Below, piece by piece: positions 39,001 through 51,926 of a stretch of 64,000 nt of DNA. The stretch comes from Tubulanus polymorphus (Eukaryota > Animalia > Nemertea). Made by a program: the position numbers and the translations under genes. Every line of letters begins with the position of its first letter. Positions within the stretch are counted from its first letter, which is position 1. A model generated the notes under the pieces. It was not told the origin of the DNA, ran no database searches, and saw nothing but the letters and a program-made list of their open reading frames with translations. The stretch lies in NCBI RefSeq assembly GCF_964204645.1, contig NC_134025.1, forward strand, positions 26,950,299 through 27,014,298, in the 5' to 3' direction.

Positions 39001-42000
39001 TTTTTGGAGATAGGCGGATCTGTACTCCAGTAATCGTGAAATAAGGGCTAAGATTCAGATCTTAGATGAGTTAAAGCCTTGTTCACTCTGTATGATGAAT
39101 ATTTTGTTACGAGAGACTAACATCAATTCAACAACAAAAAGCGGTTCTATTTAAAAATAGAAAAATTGATTATCGCAAGCAATAAAATCCTAGCGTCGTC
39201 GGTCTCAAAAGAGCCATCATGTCACGTAAATATCAGTTTCAAATGACATGTCAGGTTTATTCACTTATTTGATAAGAGGGACCCAGCCGTAGATCATATC
39301 ATATAAATCGAAATAAATGAGATATCCATATCTCTACTTCACAGCAATAAACCATCGATGAGGTTACTCAATCTTCAAAAGACGATAATGAAATTTAGAT
39401 ATGAGTAGGCTGGGAAGTAATTTCGCCAGACATATCATTTACCCGCATGACAATTCGGTCTATACAGCTAGAAACACTAGTCGGTTCGCTATATGATTTA
39501 TAAGTGGATACTGATGTTTGCACTGATATATCATCCTGAGACTCGTAGACTTATAATACGTAACTTCGCGAAAAGAATGATTGCACTTATTTTTTAGGAC
39601 TGGGCTCAATCCTACTCTTCTTCTTTAGACCTACTAGAAAATCTTTCAAACTCAATTTTGTTCAATCTTGTGTCTAATATTTTGTCAAAAGCAATTCGTA
39701 TCGTGGATAGACATCTCTCATTTCATCAACTAACTGCATTACCGCTATAAAAGGCTACTACATAATCGTAAAAGCCTATTACACGATCAAGGGATATCTG
39801 CCATCGTCAGCTTTCAGTTTAACACAGAATTTATGTACTTGCCGTTGATTGGAAAACAGACATTTTATGGGGCGAGGAAATTGAAAATCGTTAAATTGCC
39901 TGAATTCGCCATGATATACACCAACAGTAGCAGCAAATAACAAAAAGGCCTGCTTCGCAATGATATTATCATTGCGAAGCAGGCCTTTTTGTCATTTGCT
40001 GCTAAATGCCAGACTGCAGCAGAATGGGAAACTGGAACTACATTTTCCATCAGATGGCACCACTGAGCTATCAGTACATAATTCAATCTCGTACTTGCTT
40101 TGTCTGTAAATAGTTTTACCGAAAATTAGATTTTAAATTTTGTTATGGAATGATTTCCCTATTTTGTTAAGTCTGTATGTATATATGTATATAATTCTGT
40201 TCATGTTTTGTAAATCTTTATATTTCATATTTTGTATTCAATCTTGCCTCCACGTACCATTCTTATGTTTGGAGTGAAATAAATATCTTATCTTATCTTA
40301 TCTTATGTATTCTTAGATCAATCAGATGTACTCAATGATCAAAATAAGTTCATTTTTCAATTTTCAGTCATCCAATAAAAAAATCCTGCATCTAGAATTT
40401 GGATTAATCTTTAGTGTTCATACCGGTATCTGGCACAATTTGAGTACTCATACTTAGAATATGAGAAATTATCATTAGATTTTAATTGGGTTAAAGAAGA
40501 AATCTATTGTTGATCCATACTGTACACTAGTAAGCATATTCTGGTGAAATTTCGCTTGTCGCAATAGTGTTGTCAGAACCTTATCCTATGACTTGAACTT
40601 TGATAAATAGAATTTTGAATGAACATAAACTCGCTATTCTAAAACAAAGTTTTTAAATCTATGAAAACAAAGTTTTAAAATCTAATATCAAAAGGTTAAA
40701 CTGTCTATTCTAATTTTGCTCATGATATTGCGGTATCCATTTGGAAATTACCAACAATTCCCGGCTGATGGCTGTAGATTGCCTGAACCTATTCCTCAGA
40801 ATACAGAGAGTACTGATCTGTAAAACAATTATGTCCATACCGATGAGAATAAATTCCCATCCTTTTATCACATATTCCACAATTACCCTCAGTGTCTCTG
40901 AACTGCATAGATGTTTTCATGATAAAGATTAATGAAGTACAGAATATCGTAATATATAAAGCATGACCCTGCATAATATCATGCGATGATGATCATTAAG
41001 TTACAATGATAATGGTCAAGAGACTATCAGTAATACTTTTGACGTCAGAATTTCATAGCCGCTACAAAGCTAATACTATATCGAATCACTCTTCCAGATA
41101 TAACTTCATATATCAGTAACATAGAATGGTCGTGACAGCTTTCCTTTTACGCTATCACACTTTCCACTGCTATTCCACAATACTGCATTTGTAAGAGGAA
41201 TACCCTGACAGAAATGCAAAAAACTGGCTGTTTACAACATTTTAAAGTCAGATCAAACATTGATTAATCCAGCTTTTTGCCTGCGCGTCAGTAAACCGAA
41301 TTCTAGAAATTGGAAAGTCAAGTCGATCAATTAATCACCTCGTATTGACATTCTATCAGAGAATAGTCTGTGATTTAATCTCAAAAGACAAATGTACGAT
41401 GTCATCAACCAACAGCCCAATAGTTTCGGTTTAAAACTGCTCTATTTCACAGAATGTATGAGAGCAGAATTGCCGGCATTTATTTGTAGCTTAATCACAA
41501 AAGCAATACTTCATCAACGCGACTATCACCGATCCGTAGGTAAAAACAACAGTAAATTTTTAGAATGGCCCTTAATTAACCTCACTTCTCATTCATATCA
41601 TTAAGACGCGAGTCTACGGAATCCAATTATCGAAGGGCTCAGTAACCCTGGTGGGGCGGCGGTGTTAACAAACTCATCAGTATACCTACTACGCTCGCCC
41701 GAGTCTCTCCTGTCCAGAACGTCATTAGTCGAGGGTCTGTGCTGATTACAAACAACTTGGCAAACAAATCAAAATCAGTGGCACTAGAAACATGTCATTG
41801 CATGGACCAAACTATTCACTAAGTGGTCAAGAAGGAGAGGCTTATGATGAATAGCTTCCAGCAATAATGGGTGGCACCATCACTGGTACTACATGTCTAA
41901 ATGTTTTCAGAACATATATTCTGGGTTCATATCGCAGTACGGCTAAGGCAAAAATAAGCATTTTAAGCACTTTTTGATAGTAAACGGTGAGGCTTATAAT

Positions 42001-45000
42001 TTAAGACTGTGTCATCGTTAAAAGTAATTACTCAGTAAGCACATTTCAAAATTTTAGGCCTTAGTGAATTTTTGCAACATTTAGGCATTTTGGAGACTCG
42101 ATATGAACCCTGTATTACTCAGTCAAGACTCAACAAAACGCTGAAAATAAATGGAGAAAAACAAGAAAAGATCACGATGCACTGATGAGGAAACAGACAT
42201 GTGACCGAGCATAGAAACAACAGATAAATGGCAATCAATGAAAAATAAATCGCTGTTTGGACAAGTAATGATCGTTATCCTGTTCACATTGATGGCGCAC
42301 GTTGAAATAATTTCTGGTCCGTGTCCGGGAATCTTTTATACGCGACTCAAAAAGCGTCACTGAATCTGTGTTGAATTATACATCAAGTCGAGCTGAATTA
42401 GTTGATATTCCGGTTATGTTCACGCGGCGCCTGTAGTTGACAACTTCAAATGTGTTCATGACAAGATGGAAAATGTGATACATACATAAACTAGTCTCGA
42501 CAGCGTGAATGAGGTGAATAAGCCGCGATTGCCAGAGACGATTCATTCCATGCCAAATTTGGCCAAGTCAAATCAGAGAGCACTTTCACAGGTAAACCAC
42601 TCACTCAATACTAATCTATATTGTGACAAAACTAAGTGAGCAAGTTCCAGATCGACAATTCACGCGCAATGGTATGACCTGCACTAGGATTTGGCTCAGA
42701 CCTGGTCCAATGTTTTTGGTCGGGTCAAACAGGCATGTAAATCGTTGGTCGGGACCAAAAATGCTCGTATTATCGCCGCTTATGAGAATCGGTGATATAA
42801 TGAAAAATAGAAGAACAAAATGCCCTCACAATATCCTTATTTTCTGAAATATCAAATCACATTTAACAAAAAATCTAATCACATTTAATAACCAAAAACC
42901 AAAATTGATACAGGCGCTGATTGCCCCCAACTGAGACGAGAAAATTTGATTACTCGCGCAGCCCAACGCAGTCTCCGAAATGCAATTTGGAATACGCTGT
43001 CCCATTTCATATTATGACAATCAGTCTTACGCTGACATCTAATTCAGTAACCGATCACGATAAATCATGCACCATTACGGTCTATTAACGCCATGCATGG
43101 AATACTGATTCTCTACAGGTGTACTTCCGGCATTGTACGTATGAACCTATTCTCGTGACAATATTCGTCATCTCGAAGACATTGTTAGCTTCGATATACC
43201 GCGCGGAATCAATCTTAATACGCAGAAAATCGATGTACCCTTTCGGGATGAATTTGGGACGTTGCGAGCTTACTTATAGCATCTGCAAAAAAATCCAGAG
43301 GAAATGAAGCACCGGCTCGGGAGACCTCATCCTTCGTATCATAGAGTCCATCGGATTAAATTAATTATTCCGGATAATCAAAGAATGGCCAGTTTTTCAC
43401 CCTGACAAAGAACTTGATGGTTACTCGAGAATAAAAAAGAATGTAAATCATGCAGTTCAATTCCAACAGCCACAGTCTGTGATAAACTTCAAATTGTAAG
43501 AGGTACCTTAACAAAATTTTTCCGTGCTACTCCTGAGGGAAATCATGATGCGAATTGACTTGACTATTTCTCAGAGCCTGATGAGCCTTTTTACTAGTAG
43601 ATGCAGAGTTGAACAAGCTGAACGTGTATAGTACGCATAAATCGGATCACATGAGACCGTCATTTTTGGTCCCACTTACATGCGTATTCCGAGTCACACA
43701 TTTCCAAAAAATTTGTTACTTTTCATTTGAGAAGTTATGTGTAAAGGAATGCATACCGGGTACTCATATTAATTTTTTCAGGATAGATATAACATTTTCT
43801 CCCATAATTGACATAAAATATCCATTCAAACGATGTCTGTGTGCCAAAATGGCAAGTCGGCTTCAATTCAAGCCAATAAGTGTATACTTGGAGTAACTCC
43901 AAGGCTCCAAGATGTAAGCAGCGTGTCAAACCATGTGAACGCTTGGTCTATTCTAAAATTTACACCCCTCAACGTAACATAATGTGAACGCGGCTTAAGA
44001 TCTTTCTTAAGTATCCTCCGCTCCAGCACCGCTTCCAGGAAGTTGATACATTGGGAACATTGGTCACGGGAAAGACGGTTAATTGCCACGCTTAACCCAA
44101 TCATAAACCCAATAGCGCAGCATACATAAAGTGCCAGCCGCAGATGGTAATTAGAAGATTGGTCCCCCGAGAAACTGTTGCTTGAAATTAGTCGGCTATG
44201 AGTTGGTCATGATTTTTTTCTGATTGCAGATCTGTGATGATCATTCTGAGAAACAGCACTTGAATATAAATGTAGAAATGACATACACGGATAGATTTCA
44301 ATTAACCCACACAGCAAAACAGTGACTTCATCTTTGACTTCGTATTTGGGAAAAATTGTTTTGTTTATCTACAGTTATTCAAATTATGACTACTGGTATA
44401 AGTATAAAATACAAATAGGACAGGTGCGACTTGCACAAGACCAGTAAACCTTAAATATGTCATAAGACCTTCACGAGTCGGCCTTGGATCCACCCCTAAA
44501 TGCTTATGGTTATTGATAAGTTGAATCCAAGTCGAAGTTTTTCAACTCACCTTCGTTTTTCTTGTTCTTCTTGTTCAGTTTTATGAGCTTCGATATACGG
44601 TTTAAACAGCGGACAAAGAGCGTCGATCAATTTCACAAATTCTGCCATCGCTACTTCTTTAGTCATATCACCGAGCGTCAACCAAGCTTGTCTGGAAAAT
44701 ATTCAAATGGAAACGGACATAAAAAACTGATCGAAATATGAACTCGAGCAGCGCGCAGATCGGCGCGCAATTATTCTTACTACGACGCACGAATCAGAAA
44801 AATGCCAGAGGCGGTTGTAAGTAAATAAATGATGATAACCATGCGATCATCCCCTAAAACAATGGCAGAAATGATGAATTATTCATACGAAATCCAGTAA
44901 CAAATCTACGCAGGATAAAACTAAAAGCGAATTTTGACGCATATATGCGACAACTCTGTAAAAATGACCGGTGAAATATAACGCCATTCGCCGTCATCAA

Positions 45001-48000
45001 ATATATCTTACGCAAGATTTATATCAATAGGAAATTGACAGGATTTCTACACATCTAATAACATCTACGCATCGCGATCTGCCATTAAATAGCATTCTAT
45101 CAGTGTTGACTTGTTTATGCCAGAGATATTTCTGAGTTGGTCGAATAAATCTCAGTAAAATCCTTTTAACTTCACGAACAGATTCGCTAATTTTATAAAT
45201 AGCGATGCTGTCTAATAGCGTGCTTCGTATCGGGTACATTTCGCCGAAAAACTTTTACGAGTTTAATGCAGCTTAATTAAATGAAGAGTTACAGAAGCAC
45301 GAGGGAAATCATTAAGGGGTTGGAATCCTGCTTCGTGAACTGATTAACTGAGAACGTCGGGCTGATAACGTGGAAGTCAGAAAAACATCGTCCCTCAATG
45401 CTGCAGACAGAAACTAATCAAAGAAAGGCATCACAGCAAGTCTCCCTCAAACATTTCACTCAAAAACCTTGGTGAAAGAACTCTCTCTTTCATTAAAGCA
45501 ATATCTCTACATCTTATTGAAAAAGAATTTCATTTTCTTCGTCAAGCAGGGGATAAGTCTTTCAGGAGTGCCGCTCGCTGAAAATCATATCAGAGATCGA
45601 AGAACATTCTGCCTCAGTTTCAGTAGGCATCTTGTGTAAATGGTAACTATGTTTGTCTCGGACAAATACCAGCGCAGACAGTCTACCTGATGAAATTCGC
45701 GTTGAAAATGTTACCAAGTCCCCGGGGGCAAAGATAAATGCAAATTTTGAAGTTTTCAAAACACGCCGCGTCCTGTCCCGCAATATGATCGGTGAACTGA
45801 TCACCATAACTTACAGGGAAATCCAACCGAAAAGTCTCCATTTTGTACGACAGATTTCAAATTTGATCTCATCAACTTCAACAAGGTATTTAATGTAATC
45901 AGTAGCGTTTGTTGAATCCAGAGAACGCAAACCGATGAAAAAATATATCAGTCTCTCAGAAGTCGTATAGGAGGGTTACATTGATTAGAATATTTATCGA
46001 CACCGACGTTTGATGGGAGGCAACGCGTTTGACGATTTAAACTATTTGAGAATTTCAGATTAGTTCCGACGCTTTGAAATGAAATCGATACTACTGAGTG
46101 ATACGAACTCGACCTATGACTAAGAACTGTCTTTAGTGTGAGAACGGATTCTCTTGATAATCGGACCTTAGTAGAATCACGCATGAGATTATCGGTTAAG
46201 CTCGATATTATCTGAATAAATCATGAGTCGATTTTGTCTTCGCTGACACAGAATTTCACGGCATAATTTGCACGAGTTGATGAAAAGTTCACGATACTCT
46301 AGAAATATAAGTGTGGCTGTTATGAAATATGAAGTCGTTGACAAGCAGATCGAAAGAAGTATCATATTACACAGATTGCCTGCCCGAGTATTGGCAAAAA
46401 CGGCATCGTCTACGCACTTCTTTCAAGCGCAATAAGAAATGAAATATGAAAATCTTGCAGGTCAGCACCTCTGAAATCTACGCAGGATTAGATTCCGTTA
46501 GAACTATGCTCTAAAATTGGTAAACCTTCAAAATGTCAAAACAGTGGATCTATGAGTGGTATATTGAAAAAACACAATACGCATGAATAATTACGCGATG
46601 TCTGATATTCAATCAGGCAAAAAACATTCCACAGACATCAATAAGATACGATGGTCATAGCTATGGGTGTTCATATCAACCTAATCATCCAGACATACAT
46701 ACTGAATACAGCAGACAGTATTATTACTGGACTGACCACATAATTATCTAAATGGAATTATAGGCAATAACCTCCCAATTGATTATAACCGAGATAACAA
46801 GAATCTATTATTTCATAGCGTTAGAATTGTTAGAATATGTTTCAATTAGATTATATACATCATGATGAACGATGAATGCTTACTTCATTTAGAATTACAC
46901 GCGAATATTCGTGAATGCCATCAGAACTACTGAGAAATACAATAAACTACTGGCTAATCAAGATCTATATGAAAAGTTAAGGTTCAGCTCAGTATATTGT
47001 ACAATTATCTCTTGAGAAAAATTTCGTAACCAATAGAAACGGAAGAATGAAACCTTTAATGCAGCTGAATCATCAAAAGCTGTGACGGAGTTAATCAGCG
47101 ACAATGTTCTATTCAGGTAAATACGAAAAATGCCAATTTTCTAATAACTTTCAAGCAATTCTATAATGACAATCTTTTACCCGCATGATAGCTGCTTTCA
47201 TTAAATGAAATCAAGTTTTAGTACGAAAATAACTGAAATTGTTCAAAATTTTACACAGTTTTTCTTATTTGCTATGTTTTCATTAAGTATATTCAAGATG
47301 ACTTTAGCGACTAATCCCTTTAAATAAACACTCTTTCTCAAGTAGGCCTTGTGACAAATGACAAAAAGAGAAAAGTTTGAATTAAAATAAATATTTTACA
47401 ACATTGAAAGTTCTGGAAATACAATTAGATTCTACCCCTACCTGAGTTTTGGTTAGATTATTATCCGTGGAGCGATAATGAGAAGGATTGTTGCTGACGA
47501 GAGCCACATCACAACTGATAGACCAGTGACTGCAGCGCGTGATGAAGAGTCACACACAGCATAGAGAAAGGGGGTAGTGGTGCTAGCCTTAAAACAACTA
47601 GTCGGGTAAACAGTAAAACTTTCTAAGCAGCCGCATTTATCAAACAGCCTTAAAATCGTAATTTTCAATAAACTCTTTATCTTCCTGCCAGCAATACTCG
47701 AATATTGTCTTCTTTCGTTTTGATCTTTATTTTTCAATAAGGATTTCGCCGACCAGCGTCGCAGTCATAGCAATCCTTTCACACACAAATCTATTCGTTT
47801 ATTCCGAATGAGGACAACTCACAACGAAAACTTGATAATTTTCTCGAAATCCCGGATTGTTATTACAAAAGATTCGCGCCGATGCTATAGTTTTTAGCAC
47901 GAGAATTTCTCATATTTCGTTCAATGAGCCGTGAAATGATATGAGTTCCCCGAGGGCAAGCAATCATAGCTAATCTCTTGTGGGACGAAAAACCGATAAA

Positions 48001-50434
48001 AACAAAAACACTCCGATTACTCTGTATCGGTAAAACCTTTTCATTGTATCATATAGCTATGTTACATGTTTATGCTGAAAACTCATTAATACTTCCACTT
48101 CCAGGTATAATTCCCCCCCCCCCCCCAAAAAAAACAGGGAAGAGATCAAGATCAAAAACAGACTTAATTAAAGAAGTGACAACCTGAAAATGAATAAAAT
48201 GACTGGAGTCCTAACGTCACATGCACAGTTTTGCAGGCATTTCAAAATGCACCATTTAATAGATAAAAAGGCACTGTTTGGAACCTTTTAAACATTTGAA
48301 CTTCATCATAATGATGTATCAGATAAAGCACAATTAAATTTTGTCCCAAATAGTGAAATTAGCTTTTTGATATTGCAAGTAACAAATAGATTTGGGGATT
48401 CCATCATGCAAATTGTAACGAGGTTCCAACGTATCTGACACCATTATTATTATCACATAAGTTGATGTCAATGTCCTTAACAGTGGACCAATGATTAACC
48501 GACATCATAGTTGACATGAAGTGCTCCGCGTCTTCTCGATTACAGACCAATAATCATAGGCCGCAAATCGAGAGAAAACATTTCCACCGTAAAGCATGAT
48601 TTCCTCATTCATAAAAAGTACAAATCGTTTAAATTATCAACCGGTTAGGGAAATACTGCTTAGTGAAAGTGACTGACGCAGCTGTTGAAATAAACATATG
48701 TGACCAATACTATATATGTCAGACATGTAAGTCAGATATGAACAGGATCAGGCTTTGACAGTGAAGCCTTCCACAATACAAACCTAATCGCTCAGAATTG
48801 GGAAAAAATATAACCAAAAGCAGCTTATCAACTCCACCTGTGTATAATCAACACATCTGTGAGCTCTAATAGATACCCACCAGAATAAAATGACTATGAC
48901 AGATATCACCCACTAATCACAGATCTCTATTGAAGTCTACAGATGACAATCAACGAAAACACAACGAAAATTGAAATTATTGGACAGAACATTATTTGAC
49001 ACTGTATCCAAACAACAATTACTAGCAGTGTATCGATCATATATTCCATCACCATTCAGTCAACAGGGAGCACAATATCTATATTGCGTAAGCCGTGTTC
49101 AAAATATCACAATTCAGTCCGTCCGCCCTAATATGGCCTGTACCTCGAATGGACAAATATAGAATGGACCAAACGAATGATGCGTAATCACCCATGTTTT
49201 TTAACATGCTGTTAACTCTGATCCAGCTTAACAGACAATCAGACAAAAGTTTCTCTTCTCAGGTGATAGCTGGTGTCTGGATCTTTATGTTCCATCTAAA
49301 TTGGATTGGTCCAATCTAAAATAGGACCAATTCCAAACAGACTTTTTGCTGGTGTGAATGCTTGGCCCATTCTAAATTGTAACGGACTAGATTAAGAAGG
49401 TTCTAAATAATGAAGTGAGAACGCGGCTTTAAACTGCTCGTACTCACATAACACTAATTTTGCAACATCGGAAAAAACAAGGATAGAAAAATGAGAAATA
49501 AATTCGAAGACTTTTCACATATTCAACATCAATCTTGAGCAATCATATTCAATATTCATAAAATCTCGGCAAAACGCGAAGCAACCTGAACAGAACATCG
49601 ATTGCGTAATGATCAACTTACCTTCTATCATTTCCTACAACATCGAGAAAGCCAACTTCCGGCAAAACATCTGCAGAATATTTGCCGTGCGTCACTTGTT
49701 TGGTTAAAGCGACGAGTCTTATCTTATCTTTGTATGACAAGTGAACAGCTTTGCCTTCTTTTTCTGAAGAGGATCAGTAAAATGCGGGGTATTAACGATT
49801 ATCGAATAGGGGCTTTAGGATACTGAAAAAAAGGATGGCTACGAAAACTCCTTTTCATAATTCAAGTTGTTGGCTAATAGTCAGATTTTTTACTTCTTTA
49901 GCAGACGTTAATTAGGGCTACCTAATCATTGGTGAGAAGCTTTTATTTTCACATGAGTTTTCGCCAAGGGTTTTTGAAAATGTCCGATCATGAAACTAAA
50001 CCACAGACAGGTTACTGACTATTTTAAGAGCTGCTTGATACAATAAGGAATGGAGTGTGATTTTAATTGTCTAATTCAAATTGATTGAATTTTAACATTC
50101 TTCATTCATAGCAATGAATTTTGCAAAATTAAAAAGTTGAAGGAAAAAAAGATTAGTTAGTAAATGCATTGCATCAATAATGGGCAAGTTATTGAATAGA
50201 TGATATAACTCGAGAAGTCTAAACACTATGGGACAGGTTTTGACATGTTAGGAATTGTGCACAAATATAATTTGAATTGAATTGAAAATTGTTAGCGATA
50301 CCTTTGTAGAAAATCAACGCTAATTTGTACAACTCATCGAGTGAGAACCCCCAATCTTCTTTAAAATCATGGTCTACGCCGTTGACATTAGTTTCTGGGC
50401 TATTTATTTCGTTTTCGACAGTAATTTCGGTCAT
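21077..50434 (-). CDS. ACBD3: Golgi resident protein GCP60 / acyl-CoA binding domain-containing protein 3 (ACB, charged, Q and GOLD domains); 485 aa with exon 7b or 494 aa with exon 7a
   Basis: Exons (minus): 50302-50434, 49622-49763 ([11 protein letters not shown]...[14 protein letters not shown]), 44551-44691, 38544-38657 (E/R-rich), 36556-36643 ([15 protein letters not shown]), 26041-26356 ([13 protein letters not shown]), either 25450-25598 or 24601-24722, 22128-22299 (VRVPTHEDG...[19 protein letters not shown]), 21077-21306 ([10 protein letters not shown]...[22 protein letters not shown] stop). All introns are GT-AG and phases are consistent. Confidence 0.97.
22469..22659. repeat. Inverted repeat, Penelope-like remnant with degenerate hammerhead core
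   Basis: aaacccat...aataactatcaattctgtt / aacagaatttatagttatt...gtgggttt. The plus arm has CTGAAGA (22576)...GAAATGTC. Confidence 0.5.
24601..24722 (-). CDS. ACBD3: ACBD3 exon 7b (canonical-like UR / first GOLD strand)
   Basis: ttgtag acceptor and gtaagt donor, phase 1 to 0. Encodes [40 protein letters not shown], like vertebrate IAAPSMWTRPQIKDFK...VITVGRGEVVT. Confidence 0.93.
25450..25598 (-). CDS. ACBD3: ACBD3 alternative duplicated exon 7a (putative mutually exclusive exon)
   Basis: cttccag acceptor and gtgagt donor, same phases (1 to 0), no stops. Encodes [49 protein letters not shown], which aligns to 7b (ASxW, FK, DxVIKVGS, TxT). Confidence 0.8.
28388..28751. mobile_element. MITE with about 45-bp terminal inverted repeats (PIF/Harbinger-like ends)
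   Basis: taaagcctagcacacatcgac...gattggagacaactagttgc versus gcaactagttgtctccaatc...gtcgatgtgcgctaggcttta. The internal motif tcgatgtg(a/c)gc recurs. Flanks are TA/TWA. Confidence 0.75.
29104..29207. repeat. Minisatellite, 3 copies of an approximately 35-bp unit
   Basis: Unit similar to cttattgtggtgatagcttgaatctttcagca. Confidence 0.8.
34308..34349 (-). ncRNA. Minimal type I hammerhead ribozyme motif (Penelope-like element remnant)
   Basis: Minus strand: ACAC-CTGACGA-T-GATCTC-tagggt-GAGATC-GAAA-C-GTC-GTGT. This gives stem I (ACAC/GTGT), an intact core, a 6-bp stem II, a palindromic ACGT stem III and a GUC cleavage triplet. Confidence 0.65.
34684..36332 (+). CDS. MADF (Myb/SANT-like) domain protein with C-terminal BESS-like motif, 289 aa, nested antisense in ACBD3 intron 5
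   Basis: Exons 34684-34885, 35185-35474, 35881-35962, 36037-36332; 870 nt in frame, all GT-AG. The N-terminus W...[14 protein letters not shown]...KRDAYNNL...[10 protein letters not shown]...W.LWETYQYL fits the MADF pattern. It is followed by an acidic linker, then [31 protein letters not shown], which fits BESS-like. AATAAA at 36339-36344. Confidence 0.85.
38209..38523. mobile_element. Degenerate MITE family with T(A)AAGCC ends (Harbinger-like); other copies at 43932-43998 and about 49160-49432
   Basis: Shared strings ttaa(a)gccgcgttc, tttagaat(g/a)gaccaagc, ttggtccattcta and acagactttttgct(a/g)gtgtga occur among the three loci. Confidence 0.55.
39928..40004. repeat. Near-perfect 37-bp-arm hairpin
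   Basis: tagcagcaaataacaaaaaggcctgcttcgcaatgat-att-atcattgcgaagcaggcctttttgtcatttgctgcta, with one mismatch. Confidence 0.9.
41921..42112. mobile_element. Small MITE with hAT-like C(A/T)GGGTTCATATCG termini
   Basis: ctgggttcatatcg at the left end and cgatatgaaccctg at the right end; no intact 8-bp TSD is seen. Confidence 0.45.
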
Positions 50435-50756
50435 TTTGACAGATTTCCTCTAGCAGAAATCTAAGAACCCGGAAGTAAGCCACGTAACAAGCACTTGCAC
50501 CATCTAGCGGTCATTCTCAGGGTTCTCCTACAACATGGATATTTAATAACGTAGGCGTAAAACCATTATCCTCGGATCGCCGGATTGAATCCCGGCAGCC
50601 CGCCAGCATCAGCTGTCAGACGTCTCGTAACCGCACAGAGCGAGTTCTGCCGACCGTGTGGAGGCACCCGGTAAAAATAAACATTCAATCTGTGTGATTA
50701 CTTTTGATGAAATCTTTAGCCATTTGAGGTGGAATCCATGGTTTTTTGAATTAAAG
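50435..50756. promoter_or_regulatory. Bidirectional promoter region ACBD3 / GINS1
   Basis: Divergent ATGs are 322 bp apart. An ETS motif CCGGAAGT is at 50469-50476 and a CTCF-like TGACCGCTAGATGGTGCAA is on the minus strand at 50495-50513. The region is locally GC/CpG-rich. Confidence 0.65.
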
Positions 50757-51926
50757 ATGTTTGGTGAGAAAGGACTAGAGTTGATTCGTGATTTACAAAG
50801 AAGTCTTGAAGCTTCTTTACCGCCATACAATGTAAGTAGCAAGAGAAAAACAACCGAGTTGGCACTGGCAGTTGAGTAACTGACGTACTAAATATCAATA
50901 ATAACATTTCTTATACATTGTTTCCTAATAATTAGGAGGATGGGGTACGTCAAGTTTTAGAAGAAATGAAAGCGCTGTTTGAACAAAACCAAAAAGATGT
51001 GTAAGTATCAAGTCGCTTTCATTTCTAACAGTTGTCCAATTATGTATATATATATATATGTATCTGCAGCCGACAGATGATGATGATGATGATGATATAT
51101 GATAATTAAATTTTTGTCCAATTCATGGATGCCTGTATTTTTCGTTAACCCGCAGGTCGTCAACAGTTGCTGGTGAAAGTGGTTTGTTCGCAGGTATTCA
51201 GCTACGCCATGCAGCATTAGAAAGAAACAAAAGATGTTTGTTGGCTTACTTGTAAGTATGAACCGAGTCTAAAAGGGTATATCATCTATTTGAGAGATTT
51301 CTGTCGTATTAATTTGTGTTGTAAATCGGTTAATCATTTCAGTTACAATCGTCTGATACAGATTAGACAAATGAGATGGGAATTTGGAAGCGTTCTTCCA
51401 GCTGATATCAAATATAACCTCAACGATCAAGAGGTCATCTAGATTCTTTATTTTCTCCAGTCACCGAAACGTTCTAGAAGAAATTGCTAATTTTTCTCAT
51501 ATTTACAGATCCAATGGTTTAATAAGTATAATAAATCATTAGCCAACTACATGCGGTCAATTGGAACTGAAGGGTTGGACCTGACTCAGGATATAAAACC
51601 ACCAAAAGCTCTGTATATAGAGGTAAATAGGGGATTGATTTCGGTTTGAATACCATGTATAAACACACTTATTTCAAATGTTTTCTTTATAATTAGGTTC
51701 GTTGTTTAGTCGACCACGGAGAGTTTGAAACTCAAGATGGAAATGTTGTTTTACTGAAGAAAAACAGTCAGGTATATTCAATATATTACACTCATGAGTG
51801 CGATTCATGTAATGTCGGTGGAATTTAACTCTTCTGTGTAATTTTCGTGTATTGTAGCATTTTCTGTTGAGATCTGAATGCGAACAGCTTGTAAGACAAG
51901 GAATACTGGAGCATATCGTTCATTAG
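50757..51926 (+). CDS. GINS1: DNA replication complex GINS subunit PSF1, 194 aa
   Basis: Exons 50757-50831 ([13 protein letters not shown]), 50936-51000 ([11 protein letters not shown]), 51156-51251 ([15 protein letters not shown]), 51343-51433 ([10 protein letters not shown]), 51509-51622 ([17 protein letters not shown]), 51697-51771 ([18 protein letters not shown]), 51858-51926 ([20 protein letters not shown]). AATAAA at 51995-52000. Confidence 0.97.

Noticed and set aside
43868-44104. 78-aa minus-strand ORF that looks protein-like
   Set aside because: It runs through a MITE fragment (43932-43998) and has no recognisable family motif or splice support.
47490-47560. CTGACGA motif suggesting another hammerhead
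   Set aside because: No stem II-GAAA arrangement follows.
50508-50522. tcattctcag resembling the RNase MRP 3' conserved region
   Set aside because: It lacks the preceding GGGGCT and any upstream GAAAGTCCCC element.
51140-51155. ttcgttaac near a GINS1 acceptor resembling a U12 branch point
   Set aside because: The intron donor is GTAAGT (U2 type), not RTATCCTT.
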